Shown: positions 27,687 through 42,485 of the stretch, one piece after another | Layout: each line of letters opens with the position of its first letter | Numbering within the stretch: position 1 is the stretch's first letter | Source: Eledone cirrhosa | Lineage: Eukaryota | NCBI GenBank assembly: GCA_964016885.1 | Contig: OZ024743.1 | Coordinates: 6,634,001 to 6,698,000, forward strand | Reading direction: 5' to 3' | DNA length: 64,000 bases | Made by a program: the position numbers and the translations under genes | The notes under the pieces: model-generated | Seen by the model: the letters and a program-made list of their open reading frames with translations, nothing else | The model's database searches: none | What the model was told of the DNA's origin: nothing

Positions 27687-29261
27687 TATAACCATATAAG
27701 TTTGGTTGGCTGGACACATACATGAGTGCATATATACATACACACGCATACACATAGGTACATTACATACATATAAATACATATGCATTCACACACATAC
27801 ATGAGTGCATACATATATGCACACGCATAAACATATGTACATATACATACATATAAATACATATACATTTTCACACATACATGAGTGCATACATATATAG
27901 ATATACATACATACATATACATATATACATACGTACACACACACATATGGTGGCTGCAAACTCTGCAAAGAGTATTGCAATCGCTTGTCAGATTACAGAA
28001 AATGGTGAATCTTTAGGCTACAGCGAGCCACACGAACCTGTAACAGATCCTCAACAAGAATGCCTGGGCTTTGAAGGTTTTTTAACTTGCACTCGACCAA
28101 TCCCACTCTCTGAGCATCGAAAACACTACCCGAAAAGGAGAACTGGTCAACATCATCGGACACCTCCGAAGCCGCAGGGGTTTTTTTTCAGACACACATG
28201 CATACATACGTAAGTACATACATAGTTACATACATACACATATAAACATATACACACATCCATACATATATACACATATACATACAAACCTACATACATA
28301 CGCACTTACACTCAAAAAAACATACAAACATACATACACACACACAAAATTTTCCTATAGCGTATATATCTCTCTATATAAAATTATTTGTCTGTCTGTC
28401 TGTCTGTTCCTATGCATTCTCTAACGGCTGGACCAAATCAAATCAAATTTAATTTTTATTTTCATTTGGATTAAAACAATATAATATTTTAACTAAAATA
28501 ATATTTTTATAGTAAACTATAGTAAACCACCACCACCACCACGACAACTCTCATTTTGTATATGAGTGTGTGTGTTTGTGCATTTGTTATGTATGTTAAG
28601 CCTCAGAGAATTAAACACACACATCTACACATACATACACATAATGTGTGTGAGTGTATGTGAGAGTGTAGACGTCACATTTTCTATGTGTATGCGTCTG
28701 TCTTAGTATATGTATGTGAATGTATGTTAGAGTGTGTGTATGAGTGTGTGTGTGTGAGTGTATGTGAAAGTGTATGTGTATGAGTGTATGTGTGTTGACT
28801 GACATAACGATATTTTCTTTAGTCAACCACCACTACCACCACCACGACAACGTCACATTTTGTATTTGAGTGTGCACATAGATAATTAAACATACACACA
28901 CATCTACACGTACAGATACATATGTGATGACAGACAGGTGTGCGTGAATGTATGTCTATGTGTGTCTGTCTTAGTATATGTGTGTGAGTGTATGTGAGAG
29001 TGTGTGTGAGTGTATGTGTGATAAATTTTATTTTCATTAGGATTAAAACAATAGGACGACACATTTTTTATATGAATATGTATGTGTCTGTGAGTGTGTG
29101 TATGTTTGCGCGTTCATTGGGTACGTTATTAAATACACACGTACATCTACACATACATGAATTACACAATGAATATTGTTTACCCTAAGTTGCTTCAAGA
29201 TTGACAGATTTTCATTTCTAAATTCTATAATCGTTAAATTCTATAATCATTTCTCATTCTT

Positions 29262-29297
29262 TCTTCTGATGAAAGACTAGCGTCCGAAACGTTAAGA
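29262..29297 (+). ncRNA. Minimal hammerhead ribozyme
   Basis: ucuu-CUGAUGA-aagac uagc gucc-GAAAC-GUU-aaga. Confidence 0.75.
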
Positions 29298-29377
29298 CCC
29301 TCTTCCTGCTATATCAAGCGTTAACCTAATACATCCCTTCCATATACTGTACCAATTGTGTTGTTATTTCTGTTTAC

Positions 29378-29484
<107 letters not shown>

Positions 29485-29910
29485 TAAAATAACAGATTAA
29501 AGTTTAAGCAAAGAATCGCTGCTTTCACCCTTCACGGGATCTTCTGAAACTAACAAAGTCAATCTGTAAACGCAGAAGTGGATATTTCAAAAAACGTTGC
29601 AACCGGAGGAAGACAGGAAGACGATACTTTGGTTCGTGGAAATGTTCGCTGGCAAAGAACGGGAAAAAACGAATAATACGTCATTAATAGGAGCGGTGAA
29701 AAACAATTACGCGCAAAGACAGAACCACGTTTATGGTATAAAAGAAGTCGTAGACTAATGTTCTCTTAGGTGGTTCATAGAGACGTTCTCTGGCAATGAA
29801 TGAAAAAACGAAGATAATAAGTCATATGTGCTCTACGGTTCTTATATATTTGATATATATTTATCCTTATCGAGCCCTCTTTGGATTTTAGTCTTCAATT
29901 TTATTATTAT

Positions 29911-30727
<817 letters not shown>

Positions 30728-31030
30728 CACCAACCTCTACAAACATACACACATTTAGACTATTGTCACTATGTCTTCTAAGCTTCTCTATATTGAATTT
30801 TCCTTTTGCGGCGTGAGCGGAGTCTATACATTAGCTGTGACTGAAAAGATATTATTAAACAAATGTTTGTTACTTACTGCTTTTTCTATGGCGCTTTTTA
30901 GTTGGGGAATATCCGTAGATAATTTTGCAATTTCCTGTGTCGCTATGTCAATTTGACGTTTGATCAGCTTTTTCCGGAATAAACAAATGCAGATTGTGTA
31001 TTTACAGTGTGTGTGTGTGGGGGGGGGGGT

Positions 31031-31183
<153 letters not shown>

Positions 31184-31379
31184 CTTTGCTTTTATTGCTT
31201 CGTTGTGTACCTTTATATTATTTTATTCGTTGATGCTAGAAATAGTTTTAACGCGTGTTTTATTAAAAGAACGATTTTAATCTATTCAATTGAGTATTTT
31301 TTTTTATATTTACTTATTAGTCTTTTAATTGAGTTTGAACCTACAAATCCAAGTTAGAGTATCGATGAATACGTCATTA

Positions 31380-31850
31380 AAATCTTATAAAACAGAGCAC
31401 ATGTATCACAACTAACCACAATCTCATTGTTAGAATATGCTACATAAACACCAGAATGAGAAACCTTCTTATCAATATTAAACCTCAAACTAACAAGCCC
31501 CAGAACGTACTTCAGACAACCAATGTAATATACAAATTTTAATATAAGCATGATAGTTGTAAACTTCATGATTCAAACTTCCATTGGATACAGATGTACG
31601 ACACTTTCACGTTAGATGATGACTTATTTACAAGAAACAAAGTAACATATAAAACAGTAAACACAATAACATTCAACATTTGTTAACAACATTGCGAAAA
31701 AACGAAAGGAGTTTACTAATATCGGAATACAACACAAAAATCAATACACTGTTATCGTACAATTGAGAGTTCTTAATATCTACGAGGAATTGAATAACCA
31801 GTGAATAAATTTTAAATCTAGTGTTGAATATTTTACCATTATTCCCATGA
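31380..31850 (+). pseudogene. Possible highly degraded PLE GIY-YIG remnant
   Basis: QTTNVIYKF followed by IGY-like residues; many stops. Confidence 0.3.
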
Positions 31851-32203
31851 TCCTTTGAAACCTGCTGCAAATTGCGCGAACATACTGTTATCAATCGGTC
31901 AGATCGCTCTTGAGCGATCTGACCGATTGCATGGTCGGGTCGTCGGCAACTAAACCGGCAACCCCACCAAACTTGGTGGGTGAAGAGGGTACTTTTTTGA
32001 CATCCTATGAGTTAAAAGCAAAAGCCGTCAAAGGGCGGAGGAACTCAAGAGAGTCAACGGTCAACCAGAAAAGTATGGATATATATATTTTTATATATTT
32101 TGTGTATGTAATTTTATAAATACATTTTAATATTTTCCATTTTCTAACTTTCAACCTTTTCAACTATATTTTTTAACTTTTCAACTTTTAAACTGCATGT
32201 GAA

Positions 32204-32363
<160 letters not shown>

Positions 32364-32779
32364 TATTATGCACAGGGGTGGACAAAAACCCCGGTCCCTT
32401 ACGAACCCGAGGTGAAGGCAACCTGTCTAGGAGAAGTTAACTCAAAATTCAAATCCAACCGCGATTACACTTAACTACGAAGTTGAGAACTGGCGCGGGA
32501 CATAACCTCCAAATAAGAATGAACAGAGTCTCTTTGAACCATGGTAGGCAGCCTGCTCAGTTATAGTTTCACGATAAAAATACCAGTGGAAAGGAAAACC
32601 CTGACGAACTAAAATTTAGGGAGAAGGGGATTGATTCTAGGCTTGTTTCCGGGCAGCCTCGTCACCCCATTTGGACACTTAGTCCTCACTTAGTGAGTGA
32701 GCTTGTCTCGATGTTTGGGCCTGTCCTGGTGTGATATTTATGACTTAAGGAGGATAACCGATGAGACAGACATTCAATC

Positions 32780-35340
32780 ATTCGGTCTCTGAAGAAGGTT
32801 TCAAAATTCCCGGCTATTCCCCAATCATAAACAAGCTTGATCTCATGAATCGCCATTGGTCTTGAGATTTGTGCTTATATAAAGGATGGCTTTCTGTGGG
32901 AAAGACACAGCCAACGAAGATCTTGACCTTCCATTCATGTGCTTCCGTGTGGTACGTTTTGCTCTCTATCGTCTTCAAGGGGATAGATTTGTTGTATTCG
33001 ATCGAATAGCTGAGAAAATCAATAAGATTTTGTCTGATTATCCATCATCTAATATCCATATTTGCGGAGACTTTAATGTCCATCATTAGAAATGGCTGGT
33101 TCACTCAATTCACTCAAACAAAACTGATAAGGAAGGGAGATATTACTATCATTTCTCGCTTGCTTACGAGTTGACTCAGATTGGCAATAAACCCACACAT
33201 GTTCCTGACGTTGGTGGGTCAATTTGCCAATTTTCTTGACCTCTTCCTCATCACTACATGCCCTTCGATATTGCCACTTCTTGGATCCCCTGACCACACT
33301 GCGGTAACCATGAGAGTCGTCACCAAATATAGAGAATCTTCTTATGTGCTTTTCCATCGGAGAATTATCCGTTACTCCAAGACCTATTAGGAAGGCTTTA
33401 GATCTTTCATTGCTGGGACACCACTCCAACGTATTTTCAAACATAGGGCTTTAAAGATAGCTTCTTCTAGTTCTGATTGAATCCTTGCAGGTATCAAAAA
33501 CTTTATACCATCGAAAAGATATCAGCAAAGGCCAAAAAGGCATCCTTGGTACACACTAGAATATGCAACTCCCATCGCTCACCCGAACCGCAACTTTCAT
33601 CTTTATCAGCAGAATAAGTGTTACAAGACATATGTAGCATTTAAGACTGCTCAAAACTGTTGCAAGTCTAGGATAGAAGGCGAGAGACTTGGCTCCTGTG
33701 ATGTTTGGAGAATCACAAACAAGGTTCTTAATAGATGCAAGGCTTCTTGACCTACAATGTTCAATGGCCCCAGGTTTTTTCTTTGATAAGGCAAACCGTT
33801 TTTGCACCAAATTTTGTCTTAAACTTTATTCATCATGACCAAGGGCATTTTCTCCCCTGCTTTCCTTCTCGTGTCAATAATCTTCATAATGACATTCTGT
33901 TTCTTTGACATGTAGCAAAGTTCATCAAAAACTTTGATTCCAAAAGGGCAACTGGGCCAGATAACATTCCACCAGTGGTTCTCAAAAACCTTCCTGAAAT
34001 ATCTCCTATTCTAGCTAAGCTTTTCAATTGCTACCTGGGAGATTGATGATTCCCACATTCTCGGAAAATTTCTGTCTGTCTTGTCTTCAAAAATGCTGGT
34101 GAGCGTTCTTCCCACTCCCAGTATCGCCCTATCAGTCTTCTTAGCATTATCAACAAACTCTTGCAGTCTGCTATCAATAAAAAATATTCTTAATCACCTT
34201 GCCAAAAGCAATTTCTTGAGCGACATGCAGTACTGCTTTTGTTCTGCCAGGTCCATTGCAAGCGTTTCGACTGTCATCTCACAAAGTATTAGTGAGTTCC
34301 TAGATGGTGCTTTTGGATCTAGGATTATTGTGAAAGATATCGCCAAAACCTTTCACAAACTCCTAAGCTATGGGAGTTTGTGATCGATCTCTAAAAGTTG
34401 TGTTGAATGGTCAAATCTCTGAAGTTCAAAGAATCAATGCTTGACGTGCCACAGGGGTCTCTCCTTGGACCAACGCTTTCTAATCTTTATAAATGGTCTG
34501 CCTGGTCACATCTTAAGATCATTTGTTGATACTTATGCAGATTTCAGCATAGTCTATGATCGTACATCTAGAAACTGTAACGACCTAACCCTGGCAACTG
34601 ATCTCTTTGCTGACTTAGAGCGCGCTTTTCTGTGGTGAAATGAGTGGCTTGTTACCTTTAACATCTCGAAAACTAAGATTTCCACCGCCATCGGAATGTC
34701 TCTGTTCATATGAATGGTGCCTTGTTGAAAGAAGCTCTCTACTTTGAACCATTCTTGAGCCAAAAATTCACTCGATTCCCGTTTGAGCTCCTATGTTCGA
34801 ACGATTGTCAAAGTTTCTGGAATAATGATGGGATGCTTTTATCGTTCAAAAAAATATCTGACTCCATCTGCAATTTTGTATCTTTACAAGAGTCAAATTA
34901 GACCGAAAATAAAATGATGTTGCCACATCTGGAGCGGTGCTACTCAGAGCTCCCTATTCTGTCTAGATAGAGTTCAGAGCTTATTGTGTAACTTTGTTGG
35001 AGATGAGTTCTTCTCATTTCTCAAGCTACTCTCTCACAGACGTAATGTCACAAACCTGACAGAACTCTATTCTTATTTCCACGGGAAATTCTCTGATAAA
35101 CTTCACTCTCTAGTACCCCAAACTCAGACTTTCTCCCCTCTAGGGCCCGCCTCGCTTAGTCCATTGAGGTAAACTGTCTACACCTTTTTCGTATTCCTAA
35201 CACCAAAAATAAGTTTCATGGAAATAGTTTCATTCATAGAACCTCATCTCTATTAAACAAACTTCCTGGGGGATTGCTTTCCTTGCATCTACAACTTTTT
35301 AAGAAAAGGGTCAATTCGTACCTCTCCCTGTCATAATTTT
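32780..35340 (+). mobile_element. Degraded APE-RT LINE (CR1/Jockey group)
   Basis: ICGDFNVHH, KATGPDNI, YRPISLLS, PQGSLLGP, YAD, LSHRRNV across frameshifts and stops. Confidence 0.8.
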
Positions 35341-35760
35341 ATCCAAACAGTCATCCATTCGTCATTTAATGCTTATAGCAATCACTCTTCCATTTCCCCT
35401 CATCAACCTTTTCTCTATGTTCATTCTGTCATGTAACCCATAACCTTGAGTAGCTTTAAAGCTTTGTTATGTGGTGACCATGAAAAACCCAACTTTTCAT
35501 TCTGATGAAGAAACCAAGATAGTCTTGAAATGGACTTGGGAAATTGTATTTGGGAATGCTACTGCTCCAAATTGAAAATAGATGATTAATATAGAAATAT
35601 GAAAAGGTACCTTCAATTTCAAAAAAAAACAAAAACATTCAACTAGAACACAATCGTGTCTTTAATAAAATTTGTTTGAAAGTAAAGCTGTTCCCTATTT
35701 ACACAAATACGGACACATGTTTATACTTATATATAGACTTAAAATATATCTTACACATTC

Positions 35761-35863
<103 letters not shown>

Positions 35864-36294
35864 CACGTGTTCACGAATTTCATAGAGACATGCAGACGGC
35901 GAATCTTTTGTGGGAGTGATCGAAATATTACAAGCGTCTGTTACTATGAAATCCCACATGCGTAGAATAATCAATGAAATCTTACGACTAGCACTTAATC
36001 AGATTTTAAGTAATACAATATTCTATTATCCAGCAGATTTTGTATTTTTTGTAATCCATTCTTGTATAAAGTCTATTCAATTGTGTATTTGTTGTTTAGC
36101 CACAACTGTGATCTCGACTTTTGGTTTATTGTTTATCTAGAAGTATATCGTCTTATTATGCCCTTCCCTCTTTTTAAGAGAGAAGAGTATAGCTTAAGAC
36201 AGATTTGCCTGCTATTTCTAGCTGCTTTAGCAACAACCACAGAAAGGTTCCAATGTTTACGGAACACCTAACGGATGCTAGTATATAGAAACGC

Positions 36295-36500
36295 ATATCC
36301 TCTTTGCACCGGTCACCGTCGAGACCTCAGGCGTCCTCGGAGCCCGGACAACTGACCTCATCCGTAAAATCGGATCGGTAGCAGCACGTCTGAGGAAGGA
36401 GCCCCGCGATGATATTGCAGTGGGTGTCGGTGGCCATTGACCGTGGAAATGCCTTTGCCATTTTGTCCGCTTGGCGCAGCTGAAACACCGCTCTGGCCTA
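36295..36500 (+). mobile_element. CRE-like retrotransposon 3' fragment
   Basis: FAPVTVETSGVLG; 3' end similar to 37610-37810. Confidence 0.6.
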
Positions 36501-36909
36501 GATGTAGATTCTGTCAATCTCTTCCCTTCCTCTTTATTTATTCTTTTGTCCAATAGTCCTTGCTCTTCCCCTCCTTTTCTTTTCATTTATGGCATTTATA
36601 GTCTTTCCAATACTGCTTTCTTTTTATGTATGTTTCAGCAATTTATAGTTATGTCAACAATAAACAAATAAATAATTGTAAATTATCTAACAAAAATAAT
36701 AATCACTAAATTTTTTTATAATAAATATGTAAATTGACTGTTTGTCTGTAGGTGACCGTGTGGGTATTTGTGGTGTATCTATGCATCCATTAAGTGTGTA
36801 TATACTGGAGGGAGGGATTCAAACTCCTTTATCTTAAATTTAAGACTTTATTTGTTTTTCCAAAATTAGGTATATATTTGATATAAGAACTTTTGAAGCA
36901 ATGTAGTCT

Positions 36910-37820
36910 CGGCCTCCGTGATATCTTGTGAACTGGCATTGCCAACCTATCTATCCTCAATCTCCTCCAGCCACACCCTCATCGGTGAGGTCCTCCGCAC
37001 AACGGTAGAACCTGGCGTGTCACGGCAACTGGTATCAGCTCTAGCCGATTGCGCCGACGAAGGCCTCGCCGACCGCCAGTATACCGATGTCAAACATACC
37101 TGGGACGACATCATGTGCACGTCGACCCTCAGGCAGACAGAGTCTTCTTTGGACCAACACTCACTCGCCTGCCTGCATTCCGTCTCGCAACCAAACAGCG
37201 GTGTGTGGTTGAATTCGGTGTCTTCCACATCAACCGGTATTCTCCGCATTTGTAAGCCACACAAATGCCGTTGTGGTGTTGCTGTTGACGAGTTCGGCCT
37301 GCACCCACTATCATGCCGCCATAGCGTGGGTCCGTCCACCCGACACGTCAGATAGAGCTTCGATGCAGCCGGCGACTTCCCGTCATAACTAGAGCCGGCT
37401 AGCCACAACCGTGGTAATGGTAAGCACCCTCACAGAATAATTCTCTTCTCATTCGAAGCAGATAAATACCTAATCTGTGACGCGACGTGTTGTGACTCGT
37501 TCTGTGCTTCCAACTTAGTCGCTTCAGTTGCACACCCTGACACCATCGCTCGCAACACGGAGGAGAGGAAGATAACTAAATACCGGGGTTTGAGCGACCG
37601 TTTCCTTTTTGTACCGGTTGCCATCGTGACCTAGAGTGTCTTCGGTCCTCACACTGCTGATTTCCTTTGTAAAATCAGAAATGCAGTAACCAGCCTGAGG
37701 AAGGAGCCCCTTCAGGGATGGGGGGCAGTCGCAGTGGGTGTCGCTGGCCTTCCTTTGCGGTAATATATTTGCCATTTGTCCGCCGCGGAGCGCAGCTGAA
37801 ACAACGCTCAGACTGGTATA
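36910..37820 (+). mobile_element. Degraded CRE-like retrotransposon 3' portion (CCHC and REL region)
   Basis: LALPTYLSS, SGVWL, CRCG..GLHPLSC, DATC. Confidence 0.7.
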
Positions 37821-37996
37821 TAGAGTCCCTCCCTCCCTCCCTCCCTCCCTCTTTCCTTCCTAGCTTAATTCCTCTTTTTCTTACTCGTTTTCCTCTTCTC
37901 CTTTCTTTGTTTTTGTATCGTTGGCAATTTGGAGGAATTTTAAATCACGTTTACACGACTTTATTGTGTTGTATGAGATGAAAGAATGGTATTTAA

Positions 37997-40660
37997 CTAA
38001 TGTAATGGTACGCGATGGGGCCCACCCACAGCCCCAGCGGACAGAATGGAGAAGGCGTTTCCCCGGAGGACGGCAAGGGAGACGCGCTGGAAAAGCCACT
38101 CCAACTCGCGGGGCTCACATCTGCGGCTGACCAGCTCAGCGCCTATGGTGGTGAGTAAAGAGGTAGCCCTGGGGCCGAGGACACCAGAAGTTTCCACTGT
38201 CAAGGGAACGACCGCAAACCTGTCGGAAAGCGACAGGTAGCATAACCTGGGCATAACCTGGGTCAGTCGCAGACTGCACCAGGTTGCGGCTGCAGAAAGT
38301 GTCGGTGCAAGTGGCATCCCAGACAAGGGGTTTGCCACCGCGGAACGGGAAGATGGTTATGCAATCTGGCCTTTTGCCGTCCCCTTGATCCAGCCCCACC
38401 GGCTTGAGGTGGGAAGGGAAGCCTGCAGCGTCCAAGCCATGCTTAATGACCTCGTTGAGGGCAGTATGGCGTGGAATGCGACCGACACTGTGGCGACAGG
38501 AAAGAGGGTGGAGGCCGAAAGAGTCCACGGTGGAACCGCAGCGACATTGGTGTGGCTGGCAGATCCGGAGGCCGAGCCTCAGGGAAACGCCGATTCGCAG
38601 GCTATGGTTGTCTAGCTGCGTGCCAGTGGAGAAGGAGGGCAGAGCATGGAGCCAGGCACCACTGTGGGGTTTGGAGGCCGCACGAAAACAAGCAAGGCGG
38701 TGTGCTGGTCGAGCTGGCGCTTGAGCCTGTCTGAGGCCAGGCTGCACTGGATGGCATCCCAAGTGCGTTGGAGGGACTTGATGTCAACAGGGGGAGAAGG
38801 AGGAGGGGCGTCTACTGGGCTAAGTCCCAGCCGGTTCCACGTTTCACAGGCGGCATCACGTTCTCTGAACACAGAGGGTTCTGTTGTGTTTTGAAGAACC
38901 CTGCTGACGAGGACGCGGCACGAGGTTACCGACGAAAGATACGTCGGCAAAGCTAGTGAGATCGGGGACTGGAGGCCTAGGCCGCCATACCTGACCGGTA
39001 AAGTGGCCTGTTACCACCCTATGTCGTCAAACTTGACGTTGCATATCCCCTCGGCTGCTGCTCGGATACAAGTATCGAGGTCAGCGAGGAGAGATGTCTG
39101 GGTGTAGCATGGAGCGCTGCGGACTGTATAGAGGAGCTTCGGCATGGCGAAGCAGTTCTTCAGCAGAAAGAGAGCTGGGTGGCCGTCAATCAAGCCCAGT
39201 CGGCTCGTGAGAGTCTGGAGCTGTTGAAGCATGGACCTGATGGTGGAGCGGATGGCCGGCGGCTGGATCGGTGACCCGACGATGAGGACATTCTCTTTGG
39301 GGGTCACCTGAACCTGGCGGAAAATGACCGCACCTCCAAGACGGAGGCTGCAAAGCTCTCAGCATCGAGGCTGATGTTCACCACCTCCAACTTGGCCGAG
39401 TTGACCTGGAGGCCGATTCCCGCCAGGGCAGGAATCACCGATTGAAGGTCTTGGCAGACCGTCCGTACGGGCCCGCCCAACGTAGCATCATCCAGATACC
39501 AAACGTTGATACTCCGGGCGTGATACTCCGGGCGATGTGGTCAATACCAAGGGCGAACAGGAGGGGTCGCAAAGGGTCGCCCTGTTGGACACCAGTAGCC
39601 GAGGGTATGACCGTATCAGCAGCTAGGAGCATGCTCGGGGCTCCATATGACAGATAGGCCAGCGGGTAGGCAGAGGGGGCTCGGCTGAGGCAGGCCCCGA
39701 GCAGATGATCCCGGCGTAAAGAGTTAAAGGTATTCCTCATGTCAAGCTTAACAATGAGGTGTCTGGAGTCCCTGGATGCCGGTACCGATGGGCAGCTGCT
39801 GAAGAACTGCCTGATTGTATGAGAGGCTCCCTCACAGCCACCGGACACGCCGACACCCAGTTGCACCGGACTAAACTCCTCACCCAGTTCGTGTGTGACG
39901 GACTTGCAGATCACCTTGGCAGCCAACCTACGGAAGACATTGCCCACAGCTATGGGGCGTATGCCAACATCTTTCTTCCTGAAAGCGGTGAGGCTGGCCG
40001 AAAAAAAGAGGCCTCGAGCGTAAGGGTCGAGGGTACCATGAATGAGCCTATTGGTGAGCGCCACAATTGCACTCAGAAGGCAGCGGCCGGTCTCAGCGGA
40101 GAGGGGGAATGTCAACTCCTTGAGGTGGCCTGGTCGGAGACCATCAACACCTCCGCAGCTGCTAGCTGGGAAGGACCTGATGGCGGACATGATATCTGCA
40201 TCAGTAGCCACAAGGAGCAGGTGGGGGTCGGGTGGGGGTATGGGTCTGAGATCAGTGGGTCACGCTTGGAATGGGCGCTCGCCCAAATGACGAGACATTG
40301 GCCTTGACGAAGGCTGCTGTTGACCGGCCGCCCCGGTCAGCGCCAGAGCTGGGGAGGCCGAGGGCGAGTGGGGCGAAATAGAACAGCCGCTCCCAGTCAC
40401 TCGCTCGATTGGAGTCCAGGGCGCTCTCAATCGAGGAAGCGAGGGCATCGGCTACCGGCACCCGTGCCGCTCTCGGGATCCTGAGTGGGACCTTCCGGAG
40501 CCGCCTGAGCCGAGCGATGTTGACCAGCGAGGCTCGGGCGTCAGGCAAGCTCGCTGTCCCATCTGGTGGTGTGCCAGATGGCCGTGGTTGGGAAGACGTG
40601 GGGAAGAGGCAGCTCCTGCACCTCCACGCTGCGAGGGCATTGGAAGCTCGACGAGTTGGT
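37997..40660 (-). mobile_element. CRE-clade non-LTR retrotransposon (RT plus restriction-like endonuclease), frameshifted
   Basis: GVDGLRP, RPIAVG, QLGVG, GVQQGDPL, SGAWL, CRCG..HPLSC, KRPD, WDATC, QRVSLAVLRGNA. Confidence 0.88.
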
Positions 40661-42397
40661 ATTTATTCACTGACTAATACTGCTTCTTTTTCCTTTTTTT
40701 TAGTCAGCTTTCCAATGCGTCGTATATTAAGTATGTGACTATCGATGTTTACTATTACTATAGCAACACACGATGAAGTTATATTGAATGTCTAAAGTAA
40801 TGCAGCGTTGATACAGTTGACAGCTGACAGTATTTGATTTCGTCAATTGAGTTCAATTCCAAACACGATTAACTATACTTTTCCTCTCTCCCCCTCTCTT
40901 ACTCTCTCTCTCTTCCTCTCTCTCTCTTCCTCTCTCTCTCTCCCTCTCTCTCTCTCTCCCCTCCTCCTTTCGCACTCTCTTTTTCTCCCCTCTCTCTATT
41001 TGTTTCTGACTTAAACAAAATAAATACCAGGTATATCATTATCCGTGTTTTTATGCCTAGCCTAAGTTAAACAAGTTTTCTTGAGGCCTTAGTGGTACTA
41101 AGCTAATTGGACTAGTTGCTCCCAATTGGGCCTCGTGCTAAAGTAATTTACTCTCGGCTTATCACACAACATATTGTAATATGTGCGTAATACCCAACTG
41201 GACCCCACACTTCCTAATGCAGCTCTACTTGAAACAGTTTTTTTATGGCTAGATGCTGAATCCAACCTTTTTTAGCCACCTCTTATAATATGCAAAAATA
41301 TTATGTATCTATTCTAAAACCCAGGGTACATACGGTATATATTTATATTCATTTTATGATTTAGACCAGGAGGAAATTATTAAGAGCATAAGAATATGTT
41401 TGGGGCACATGTGTACTGAGAAAAATAATTATTTAAAGTTTGTAACTTATATAACATTACACTTTTGATTTTAAGGTTTAAACCATTCTTTGCATATAGG
41501 TTTTTAGAAAGTTGCAAATTTTGCACTCTTAATTCAAGAGGCGTGAGAAGTTTTTTTTGAGGAAATGGGTAAAAGATATACATAGATCCCTTGTGGTGAC
41601 GCCAGCGTGTTGTACCAGCCCAGGCAAGGTTTAACCGGAAAACTATGAAAACAGATAGGGTTTGTAACTCTTTTGATGCCAAACCACTTGAAAACACCCT
41701 AGCTTGTATGATACAAAACAGTTTGCTTCAAAGTATCTATTTTATCTAAAAACCTCCCATCATAATGTTACGTTAGAACCATTCTTAAGTTATATTCCAA
41801 GCGCCAGCTTAATAATGAGAATGTTCGTAGTGTTACTATATCCCTGCAATTTTTTATTATTTTCAAAATGATTTGAAAATAATTGGCAATATAAATATGT
41901 TAATGAGAAGGTTAAATAAATAGCAATGCGAGTTTTTATATAATATATCCAATTCAATGTCACTTCTCAGTCCAACTGCAAAGATAAATGAAACGAATGA
42001 GACAAAAGATGGCAACGTTTGTTGAATCTCCTCTTCTCTTGTTCACTATGGAATTCCACAGATAAGTCCTAATCATCTACAGTTTGGGAGAACTGTTTTC
42101 ACAACCGATACTGCTTATAAGGAGGGTTAACACAATTTTAAGGAATTTAAACAGTTCAAACAAGTTATCTCTGTAGGGATGCAAAAATAAGTAATTTAGT
42201 CTAGTCTATATGGGATGTTTATAAAACGATAGAATGTAGATTGGTAGAAAAACTTAATATATGTTACTTGAATTAAAAAGAAATAGGAAACAAAGTTCAG
42301 CCCCTAAAAGGGTATTATTTGTTGTACTTGTCCACTGATTCTTGTTTATCAAGCAAATGTATAAGATTTTCTTTTCTGATTTAGTATTAATATAATT

Positions 42398-42485
42398 CTA
42401 TCAATATTGTACTATCTATCAATATTGTACTATCTATCAATATTGTACTATCTATCAATATTGTACTATCTATCAATATTGTGCT
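42398..42485 (+). repeat. Minisatellite, ~5 copies of an ~18-bp unit CTATCAATATTGTACTAT
   Basis: Direct inspection. Confidence 0.85.
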
